Part shown: positions 53,601 through 64,000 of the stretch, piece after piece
How positions within the stretch are numbered: the stretch's first letter is position 1
Layout of the letters: each line of letters opens with the position of its first letter
Source of the DNA: Paragordius varius
Lineage: Eukaryota > Animalia > Nematomorpha
Direction of reading: 5' to 3'
Assembly: GCA_964247055.1 (NCBI GenBank)
Contig: OZ176055.1
Coordinates: 3,410,001 to 3,474,000 of the forward strand
Length of the DNA stretch: 64,000 nt
Position numbers and translations under genes: made by a program
The notes under the pieces: model-generated
Seen by the model: only the letters and a program-made list of their open reading frames with translations
The model's database searches: none
Told to the model about the DNA's origin: nothing

Positions 53601-54207
53601 TATATATTGTTTGGACGAACAAAGTCCTACTGCTACCTCCCCGCGGTGTTGGTCGGATGACCTTTGGTAAACGAACAGCAGAGGCCAGTTTTGGATGTTC
53701 TGCAAAAACATCTACTCCGTAAGGAGTTTTTTCACAAGGGCATGTGAAAAGTAAAAACCTGGACACCTTCAAAATTGAAGACAAAAAGCCATCAAGTAAG
53801 TATCAAGTATTGTTTGCTCAATGCCACCTACCAACAAATATTGAAGCGATTCATCAGGCTTAAAGATTTCAATAGTAAATTTATAATTGATATTTTATTA
53901 GGCAATGGTAATGAAAATTTGAAGGATAGGTGTATATAAATTTAAGCTTTTTTATGATGGGCAAGAACTTTATATAGAAATATGTGATTGCAAAATGTTG
54001 CCCCGGAGTTAAATACATTATTCCTTTAAATAAAAAATTCTATGAATGATGCAATAAAAAGGAGGTGTTTTTCATTACATGACTCCCAAATGTATGCCTT
54101 TATCATACGTTATTAAACAATCAGTTATATGTAGGTAAACAATTTATTCATAATTTTAGGATTCGTATTTATTTATTATATACATTTTATTTTTTGTATC
54201 CTTATTT

Positions 54208-57200
54208 CTACTTGGGTTTGGGAATTGGTCTAATGTATAAAAATAATATATATTATATTTAACAATAAAACATTTATTCCATTTTTTTCGAAAAAAGTTT
54301 TAAGCATAAAAAATTAACCTGTATTCTCCAACCACGACACAATGATCTCTTTCATATGGTTCAAGTGTGATTTGTTCTAATGGTTTCAACTTATCAGCCC
54401 GGAGTTTTTGTACTTCACCAGCAAAAATAACTTCGGGTTGCGCCGTAGAATCTATGCAATTTGCCTAACATAAAAATAAATTAAATACAAATTTTAGATA
54501 AGGAGAGGTTTTACAAAAATATTTCATCATAAGTTTATCATATTGACGGATAATCTAATAAAAAATTACTAAACTGTTTCATTAAAATAAATATGTAATG
54601 AAAACAAGAAAATTGTAATCCATTTTCAAACTATAGCCTTCATAAGCATTGGTAAATAAATATGTGGTATATATAGAGAATCCATTTACCGGAACATAGC
54701 TTATTTAATGTTTTCCAATGCATATATCAACAAATTATACTTTACAATTTTTCGGAAAACTTATCAAACTATAAAAATTTAGAATCAACCTCAACGATTG
54801 GATTATATAATATAATTTGTAAAACATTTCTCCACTTTGCTACCCATATCTTGATAGAGATGACATAATGACCACCGACTTTTAAATATATTTCGGCCTT
54901 TTTAAATATCTTTGGTTTTTTTCATTTAAAAATGACCGAATGTAATGCCGTGTACTTCGTTTTTTGTCAAGTCTCCAATTCGTCATGAAACATATTATAA
55001 TAGATTTTTATCGCTTTAATTTAATTTTATTAGTTAAAACAATTTCACCCCAAAAACATTTCAAACACTCAAACAGTTTTAAATATACCATGTTCAACAC
55101 ATTTTTTATATATTTAAATACCCATACCTTAATAGAGATAACAAAGCAGTAACTTTTAAATCAGGCATTCATGACCAAAAATGGGATTATAATTTTATCG
55201 TTTTAAATAACATAATTATTTTAGCCCAGGCAGCCCAAAATATGACATATTTAAAACATCCCAGAAATATTTCCACACAATTATCACTTATACCTTGATA
55301 GATATGACATATATAAATCACCGACTTTTAGGTATGTTTTCATAAAACTCTTTTCCCTTCCTAATATTTTTTGTAATCATATATATTTTCAATCAAAACG
55401 GACCCATTGTTGTAAGACAAGTTTCTTACGACTCTAGTTTTTACTGTCAAGATTTTATTAATAGTATCAACACTGACACATAAAAAAATTTACAATGATT
55501 AAACAATCTACAAACCCTACTACCCATACATTGATATATGTTTGTAATGAATCAGCCCTTAAGTATGTTTAAGCATTAACAACCATAAAAAAGCTTACTA
55601 TTATTTAGGCTCAAGATCAAATCCCCAAAGCAACACAAAAATATCACACAATTTAAACATTTCTGTTACACAACTATCACCGCTTTACTTTGAATGATAT
55701 GACATAATGACTACTGGTTTTTAAGTGTGCCTTAAAACTCTTTTTGCTAAAATTTTTAGATATCATACATATATTGTATAAAAAGGCCCACTCCTTTAAA
55801 ACGAAAATGTTCACGTCTTTGTGTCTCTGAATCAAGACTTTTACCGTAAGACATATTCTATTAATCAAATCAAGGATATTTTAACCCGTAAACTCCCCAA
55901 AACACTCTTAAATCTTACATATTATACAATTTCTTCTATGTCTATAAATCTTACACCCCCATACCTTAATAGAGATGACATAATGACCGCCTGCTTTTAG
56001 GTATGTTTGAGCATTGAGTGCAAGGATACGAGCTTGATCAGGTTGGGCCACATCCTCGAAAATGACATCTACAATGGGAACTAACATGCGATACTTTAGG
56101 GGGTGACGGGCATCCTCAACAATGGGAACAATGTTAGGTCTACTCTTGGCCACATTAAGGAGATCACGGCCACTCCGGTGTGAGAACTCGACGGCATAAA
56201 CTCGTCCTTCCTGAAAATAAATATATACAGTCATGTATCCTTTATTTTATCAAAAATTTTTTTTTTTTTTCGTTAAATGGATACGAATTTAAAAAAGAAT
56301 GGAAAAAACAAGAGGTATAGTAATTCTTATACTTTTGTGATGAATATGATATTGATAATACCATAGAGCACTTGTTTTTTACCATTTTTTAACAAATATT
56401 TATACCCATTTAACGAAAAAATATTTTTGATAAAATAAAGGATACATGACTGTATACTTATAGTCATCAATTAGATGTATTTTTCAATTTTAGAACAATG
56501 GAATTATAGAATATAAAATAGAGTTTAAAGTCATAAATATTTAATGTACATAATATATAAATTAATTTTAACTTCAAATTACAGATTAATTATAATAATT
56601 ATGCTATAATGCCGTATTAAATTTGGTAAAATTATTTTCACTTTATTTTAGCAACTAATAATATTATTTAGACAACCTTAGTAAGTTTTACATTTATTGA
56701 GTGAAGTGAATATTAGGAAAATTTTCTAAAGAATTGATTCTTATTTCTTATCACAAAGATTTTTTTAAATCTATTATAATAATTAAGCCACAGTGCCGTA
56801 AACTCTGGGCAAACTTTATACGTTATAACTAATATGTGATGAATAGTAGGGTGAACATACCCGCATTTATTTTAGTTATCAACAAATTGATTTAAACACT
56901 AACATAAATAAAGTAAAGTAAGGTAAATTTCACCAAAATAAACTCTACCACTATCTATAATATACATTCGGTTTTTTTAATTTAAACATAATGTATCATT
57001 ATTTTTTATAGACTCACACTTTGTATACGAACAAAGTGCTATTGTCATTTTCCCTATTGCTAACTAAATTCTTTTTAGTAAACTAATAGCAAAGAACAGT
57101 TTTCAGAATAAAAAAAATTTGCAAAGATTTTTTACAAGGACGTATAAAGTAGAATATGCTCCAAAAGTGGCATAACATAGCATTGAAAACAATAAAATGT

Positions 57201-58679
57201 ACATCAAATTTAACATATAGTTTTATCGATTTCAATCAACTAAAATACTCTACCATTTAACAACAGGTTTACTAAAATAGTTTTCATTTAAAAAATGAAA
57301 TGAAAAACTTCCTTTAGCCGTTAATTTAATATTAGACATGGAATACAAAAATATTAAAAACAAAAAAGAAGAAAAAAAACAAGATAAAATTAAACATTGT
57401 TTAACAATGCATCCATGAAAAAGAAAGATTAAACGCGTTTTTTACAAACAACAGATTTAAAGGACTTTCTTGGATGATATGAATTTCTTTTTAAGCTAAA
57501 AACGTTTTAACAGCCAACAAAAACATTTTCTTATAAATTAATCGAAATGCAAATTTCGTTACTTAGTCTACCAAAGCAGCATTAGATTGAAAATTATCTA
57601 GAAAAAATTATTATGACATACTTACTTTTTCCATTATAGAAGAAAAAAAAACTTACTGGACCAACTAAATCGGAAACGTGAGATACTGTGGTACCAGAAG
57701 CAGCTCCCAAATACAAAACTTTAGATCCCGGTTCAATCCAAATGTTACCAACTCCACTAAGAATGGCAGCTGCTAGTTTAGATCTAAACGGGTTCCATGT
57801 CCTATATTCTATCTTTTCATCACCAGTCTGCACACAGAAATACGGTAAAAATTGATATTATAAAGACATGGTAAAAAGTTTAAAATAAATATTTTTCTTA
57901 ATTTTTCAAATATAAGTGATCGTTTTATACGAAAAAATAAGGAAAAAAGATGTATATTGGTAGGTGTATACCAAATTATCTATTTCAACCTTTGATATTA
58001 AGGTTCAAAAAGTAAGGTTATTTTTTTAAAAAAATATTTGTCTTTTAATTTTTCTGAATAATATTAATTTAAATATTTTTTTATAATGATTCAATATATT
58101 AGGCAAAAAATATAAAAAATAAAATTACCCCAACAGCAATCTTCTTTTCACCGTAAACTGTATTGCCTGGAATCAAATTTAGAGTAACCAAGGCATCCTC
58201 TTTCCCGCGAGCCACAAAAACACCTAAAAATATATTATTCAAATTATGTAATAAATTTTTTATAATAAAAAGTTAATTTAGCTAAATGGTTTAAAATATT
58301 AATAATTGTAAAACTAATCTAAAACTTAGGAAAAAAGTAATAATGAAAATATTCACAGGCTGAAATATGATAAACATGCAAGATAAGGTATTTAAACCTG
58401 GATGCCTATGCGGCTCAACCACAACTTTTTGGCCTCCTTTGAAACCGCCGCGTCCTCCACCTCGCCCACCCCTGCTTCCGCCTCGTCCCGCACTTCCACC
58501 TCCCCTATGTCCTCCTAATTTTAATGATCAAAAATCACAAAATATTTTATGTAAAGTAAAACTATAATTCAAAAGCTAAAAATTTGAGTTAAAATATTGA
58601 TAAATATACCTCTACCACGGCCTCCGAAGCCTCCTCCTCCTCCGCGTGGTGTTCCTCTGTTACCGAAGCTAGGTCGCAT
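54208..58679 (-). CDS. FBL: Fibrillarin (rRNA 2'-O-methyltransferase), 7 exons, 288 aa
   Basis: complement(join(54208..54229,54319..54464,55965..56210,57657..57827,58129..58223,58398..58514,58610..58679)) = 867 nt. GAR domain, then [86 protein letters not shown] and LEPYERDH. All introns are GT-AG. Confidence 0.96.
54841..55750 (-). repeat. Five degenerate copies of the fibrillarin exon 5 3' end plus donor site within intron 5
   Basis: Copies at about 54841-54897, 55119-55165, 55288-55360, 55521-55580 and 55684-55750 align to 55957-56025 (for example CCCATACCTTAATAGAGAT is identical at 55121 and 55958). Confidence 0.85.
56228..56452. mobile_element. Tc1/mariner-type MITE with long (about 85 bp) imperfect inverted arms, in FBL intron 4
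   Basis: TA-CAGTCATGTATCCTTTATTTTATCAAAAAT ... ATTTTTGATAAAATAAAGGATACATGACTG-TA; TA TSD at 56226-56227 and 56453-56454. Confidence 0.85.
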
Positions 58680-58727
58680 GGATATGTTATGTCGAGATAC
58701 AAAAAGTGCTAATGTTATATTATTTAA

Positions 58728-59309
58728 CACTTGGATACAACACATTCATTTTAGTCCTTCGATTCAAATTGGGGTAGTTAAATACCCCAGGCCTGTTTAA
58801 AATTAAATCCTTTAAAAAATATGGAAGGAATCAAAACCATGGCAAAATTTTGCACTAATATAACATAAATAAACCGAAATATATAAAAATTTTTATTCAA
58901 AAATACTTAATATTACTTATTTTAAGCTAAAACCGAAAGGTAAAAATTTAGTCAACGTGACATATGTGCAATGGCAAAATTGAAAAACAATACAAAATAA
59001 ACCGCTTTTTCTGTTTCTATCAATGTTAGATGTAATTTAATTAAAAAATAAGCTCTAATTCTAACCTTAAAATTAAATAAATACAATATTTTGCAAAAAT
59101 TTTGTAAAAACAAAATGGCGGCGAAGTAGTTTGACATGGAACTTTTTTTTCAAAACAAAATTTCATTTAGATATTTTGGCATATTCATATAATTTTTATT
59201 AGGATAGAAGCATAAATTTAAATTGGGACCGTTTCCTTCAGTAGTTTTTTAAAAATCCTAAATCAAATTTGGTCTGGGGTATTTAGATACCCCAAATTGA
59301 ATCGAAGTG
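58728..59309 (+). mobile_element. piggyBac-like MITE (582 bp) just upstream of the fibrillarin start codon
   Basis: TTAA at 58724-58727 and 59310-59313; termini CACTT...AAGTG; colinear with 11494-12068. Confidence 0.85.
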
Positions 59310-61980
59310 TTAATATTTTCCAAAAAATTTATGGAGGTTAAATAATTTTAAAAACACATAGTTAAATTTGATGAGTTTAAAAATGTATTAATAGCTAATT
59401 AAAGAACTATAGATAAATTTTAATTCAGGATATTTATATAAAAAAGAAGATGCATTTAAATATGGTAAAAAATAATATATATGTAATATTAATTTAGTTA
59501 TATCTGATTACCAACTAAAAATTAGTCCAGAAGATCTAAGTTAAATTACAAAATTTTTGAAGACCATATTATATTAAATTACATAGTGTCCACAAAAAAT
59601 TATTCTGAATAGGAAAATGTATAAAAATTTTCACAGTGGTTTGAATAAGAGTAATTTAATAAAGTTTACAGTTATGTTGTGACTCCTTCATATCAGAAAA
59701 TGGAATATCCTGCGTTCGAAATCGGGAATAAAAATACTAAAACAATATATATATTTGATAGGATGTATCAGATATCATAATGCTCTAGGTTTTGGCCCTT
59801 GCGAATAAAGAAAGTTAATACTTTTGTAGTAACTCCATATCAGAATGGCAAATTTGCGTATACTTTGTTAAATAAATTTTGGTGATCACTAAATAGATCA
59901 TTCCAAAAAATATTACTAATACTTTAAACTACATATAAAAGGAAATAGGTATTTTTATAAAAAATTTTTTAGACGTAGGCTTCAAAAGTGCCAGATTTCT
60001 TCGCTCCGCTAAGATGGCCAGTCGTAAAATAAATGCATAAATGCCCCCTATAAATATTTTAATATATGCTAAACTTTAGATGAAGAAACTATTTATAAAA
60101 AAATAAATATACTTCATGTTATTTTGAATAATGAAAACGGTTAAACGCTTTAAGATATCATGAATTTTTCTATATAATTCGATTGTGTTGAACATTTCTT
60201 GCCTCTTCCTAATTTAATTTAAAGGTTCGAATGCTTAAAATTTGGTGAATTATTGTAAAAAAAACACAATTTTTTAACATAAATTCTAAGACCAACGAAT
60301 ATTTAAATTAAAATTCTGAGGTGATAGAAATTCATCATCATCATCAAATTATATGGTAAAGGAGTTTTGTTATCTTATTTTAAACTGTTTTTATCTAAAA
60401 AAAGTATGGAGTACTTTTCAGTAAATACTTGCTAAAAACAATTTTTTTAAAAAAATATGCCTTTTAAATAAATATTTTAAGTATATCAAAATTTAGAATC
60501 TATTTAAAATTTTATTGCGCAATCTTGACATTTATGCGTTAAAACTGGCCTTTAAGCAAAGTGGGACTTTAAGGGCCCACATTTAAACTTCTTTTATAAA
60601 ATAACTTTTTGTTATATTTAGTTTATGAATATTTTAGTGTTATTTTTTGGAATGAAGCATGCTTTAACCAAAAAAGTTTATCAAACAATGGCGCCATTAC
60701 CATAAAAGTGTGTATATTTGACTTTGGCTCATAAATCCCAGAGAGCACCATAATAATCCCAACCCTTTTTCTATCAGAATATATATTATATCATCCATCC
60801 AATTTTAACAGTGTATATTTACGATTAAAAAAGAATAAAAATTAAATATTTAAATTTATTTCATAGAGTATGTTAAAAAAATAAACACTTGCCGTAAGGA
60901 ATTTCAATTATAATATAAGCAATATATCAAGTGGTCACACCTAAACCTGCGTTATTAGAGTTTAAAAATTCAAACGTTTGAACTAAACCTATAACTCGTC
61001 TGTGCCAAGATAAAACATTTTATCCATAAATTTAAGAAACTAAAAATATTTGTATTTTTTAATTTATTGAATATTTATATGCGTCACATGTATACGAATA
61101 TTATTATATTTACACAATGATGTCGTTTTATGTCCAAAAAAACACACCGGCGAAATATTCTGGAAAATTATTTCCAACAAATATTAGGGGCTTCTTGAAT
61201 AAATCTCATGCAAAAAAACTTTTATTTATACCTTCACATATTTCGTTAATACGCATGATATGAGCTGTATAATTGGAGACAGAACGATGATGTTTGAGCT
61301 CTTTTGTTTTTATGGAGTTTTTAATGCGATGATCCTCATTTCGGATGAGTTAATATTTCGCCTAAAACATCATTTGTTGACGTTAACAATATAGGTAAAT
61401 GCGTCCATCAATTATAACAATACCACCCTTTATTAATGTTTTATTCGCTTATAACATGAGGTTATCGAATTATTGTTTGAATGATTTAGAAATAAATATT
61501 TATACTCTAATCCAATTATATAGAGTCGAAAAAGTCAATTGTTTTTGCCTTAATAGTTTGGTACGTTTGCGAACAGATGTGTTGTAAAGCCTTTGTGTAA
61601 TTTTGTAATAGGAGTTTTCGTTAGAGATTGAATAAAAAATTTTGTATTTGTTAATTTAAGGTGAATCAATATGGAATTTATTATATTTACAATTGATATT
61701 ATTATAATTAAAATTTACATATAAACATTAAAATTATTTTTTCTCCTGATTCCAGAGGTTTGCTGTATTATGTTTATTTATAATTAATTTAAATAAATAC
61801 TCTAATTCGCTTTTCTAAAAAATATACATTAGAAATGGGAAGAAAAGATAGGAGCTAAGCAACCGGAACCCATTATATCTGGCAGATTATGACTGTTTTC
61901 CTGGCCGGGCAATGGACAGATAGGTACGGGTTCTGTGAAAATTCTACCTCTTCTCCTTCTAATGTACGGAAGATCATCGT

Positions 61981-62961
61981 TTAAATCAGAATTTCCAAAG
62001 TACGCACATTTACACCTATAATTAATGGTTTACAAAATGATATATTATTAAATAAGTTTATAATTGTAAAAGGTAGGTCATACTTTGAACACATGATATT
62101 TAGCTTTTTCATTCTTGGCATTGGAGATGACTTGCGGGCATCTGCAGATCGAGTTCGCCAAACGCACGAACGATAGGGTGCAGGTTTTCCGCTAATAACT
62201 CTATGGGTGAAATAAGCAGGGACCCGATCGGCAATCGATTGCCTAACCTCACTTCTACTGTGGAGCCAATTAGTGTCGCTTCGATAAGTTACATCATTCT
62301 TCAGTGGCTTTTGTCGTTTGAATATAGTAGCTTCTCGTACTATTTGTATGGCACTGTTTTTCGGCTCATTGTGCAAACTTGTAGGTGGCGTTCTAACTTT
62401 TAATTTATTTTCATTCATTAAATCTGAGTTTAGATCGTTATGATTTTCCATTATCATATTGTCTGTAGCTCTAATTGCCATATCATTAATTTTTATTCTT
62501 TTATTGCGATGCACGTTTTTCTTATCTTTTATTACACGTTTGTTGGTAGGTTTTTGGTTTGTTTTCTTTTTGGACAAAACATAATTAGATTGACGTTTTT
62601 TGGTATTTTTCTGTTTACTAGACTGACGAGTCCTGGGCGTTTTGTTCGATTTGCGTGTGGAAACATTTTTAGACTTCCGTTTGGGAGTTTTAGCTTTTTT
62701 CTTAGTACCCTTAAAGACTGTTTGATCTTTATTTTTAGACAATTTCTTGGGTTTTTTTGCGCGAGTACGTTTATTCCAGCTCCTTTTCTTTACATTTGAT
62801 TTTTGCGATCTCGTTTTCCTGGTTTTCCCATCCTTTTTCTTAAAAGAGGTTCGTTGTTTGCTTTTCAATGTTGGTTTATTTTCTGTTTTAGATGCTTTGT
62901 TTTGAGATAATTTTTGTTTTTTGTTTTTAGTTTTTGAAATAATAGTTGTTTTACGTTTCAT
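61981..62961 (-). CDS. Uncharacterised 326-aa ORF with a strongly Lys/Arg-rich N-terminal half
   Basis: ATG-initiated 981-nt stop-free frame. More than a third of the first about 155 residues are K or R, with very few acidic residues. No recognisable domain. Confidence 0.5.
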   Translation of the reverse strand: MKRKTTIISKTKNKKQKLSQNKASKTENKPTLKSKQRTSFKKKDGKTRKTRSQKSNVKKRSWNKRTRAKKPKKLSKNKDQTVFKGTKKKAKTPKRKSKNVSTRKSNKTPRTRQSSKQKNTKKRQSNYVLSKKKTNQKPTNKRVIKDKKNVHRNKRIKINDMAIRATDNMIMENHNDLNSDLMNENKLKVRTPPTSLHNEPKNSAIQIVREATIFKRQKPLKNDVTYRSDTNWLHSRSEVRQSIADRVPAYFTHRVISGKPAPYRSCVWRTRSADARKSSPMPRMKKLNIMCSKYDLPFTIINLFNNISFCKPLIIGVNVRTLEILI

Positions 62962-64000
62962 GTGTTAAATTTATAAACAAGTATTATGACAATCTATTTA
63001 TAATGATTGTTAAATTAAAATCAAGATATACATAATAAATTATATAAACAAATTTAAATAGTATAAGCTGGTTGAAACTTATTATATAAATATATACAAT
63101 TGAAAATTAGTTTTTTAAATTAACATGTATAAATTATTATGATAAACACCCATAGATTCTAGGACCATTTAATTACATTTTTTTGATGTTTTTCAATCAA
63201 ACCCCGCCATTTTTCCAATGTTGCGACTCGGAAACTTGCCTCTTTATAATTAAAATTATTTAGAATATAATTATAATTTGCCATCAATTCGATATCGAAT
63301 TTTTTCGGAAATCAAATAAATATCATTTTTACTGAATTCGAGATATTCAACAGATTGTAGATGTATGTTTTATTATTCTTATAATAATCAATGCAAATAT
63401 TAATTTTTATAGCCCTGTTGCTGTTACAGTTTAAGATATTGTTTGTGAATCATAATTTATTATTATTTTTATCTAAACAAAAATTACAAACACGATATTT
63501 TTGGCGATTTTGACACAGGGTGTGGAGCTAATCACGTTGTAAATATAAAAAGCTATGACGATATTTGCCTTGAAATGGAAATAACTCATATTATTATAGA
63601 ATCTATACTCAACTTTAAATGCTCCAAAAAACGCTATTTAATGGTGTATTTAACATAGGCGGTCCCAACCATTTGAATAAAAGCTGAGAGAATTTGGACT
63701 TTAAATGGGGAAAATCATTAAATAAATTATATAATCTCAGGTTTCAGAAATCTTACCTGCTTTATTTTTATATTACCGCTTAATTAAATAGGGTTGAGCC
63801 TGACCAAAAAATTATAGAAAAGCGCTCAACTAACGAAAAATACCTAATAAAATTATCATTGATTTCAATTAATTTCAGTTGGGCGTAAAATTTATTTCAA
63901 GTTACGTTAGTTTTATATTTTTATGTTTGAATATTTAACAGAGGTTAAAGTTTTTGTGGCTAATTTGAAACTAATTTATTTTTACGTGCAATACCTCAAA

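Noticed and set aside
53587-53830. GC-richer patch with a 65-aa minus-strand ORF (FTCPCEKTPYGV...)
   Set aside because: No recognisable motif or convincing splice context; cannot distinguish TE debris from an isolated exon.
54465-54530. Perfect C box (ATGATGA, minus strand, about 54523-54529) in a fibrillarin intron
   Set aside because: No D box (CTGA) or terminal stem before the next exon; no snoRNA supported.
58367-58800. Pro-rich plus-strand ORFs 58367..58567 and 58597..58800
   Set aside because: Antisense of the fibrillarin Gly/Arg-rich exons.
62203-62799. Plus-strand ORFs 62203..62403 and Phe-rich 62440..62799
   Set aside because: Antisense of the Lys-rich ORF; the apparent hydrophobicity is a compositional artefact.

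Overview
Very AT-rich eukaryotic genomic DNA (roughly three-quarters A+T by eye). The presence of engrailed indicates a bilaterian animal. Many spliceosomal introns are only 21-31 nt, which suggests a reduced-genome mesozoan such as an orthonectid or dicyemid; this taxon call is inference only. Genes reconstructed by hand with exon coordinates: an ERG/FLI-type ETS factor (open at the window's 5' edge), MCTS1 (6 exons, 181 aa, including a U12-type AT-AC intron and an intron hosting a decayed RTE LINE), NCS-1/frequenin (8 exons), tRNA-Pro(CGG), ROMO1, NAA20, engrailed and fibrillarin (7 exons). There are also two unassigned long single-exon ORFs (476 aa, and a 326-aa Lys/Arg-rich one). The rest is rich in transposons: a TTAA-flanked piggyBac-like MITE family, a 4-kb Harbinger-derived palindrome, hAT elements with 8-bp TSDs and mariner relics. 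The most notable observations are (i) a minor-class AT-AC intron alongside 21-nt introns, (ii) an HDV-like ribozyme core at the RTE 5' end whose only P1 partner lies downstream, a possible natural circular permutation, (iii) five degenerate copies of the fibrillarin exon 5/donor junction in the following intron, one forming a potential poison cassette, (iv) the Harbinger palindrome, and (v) large Asn-rich inflation of both developmental transcription factors while housekeeping proteins keep canonical length. No database searches or folding programs were run; homologies are recognised from remembered family motifs.
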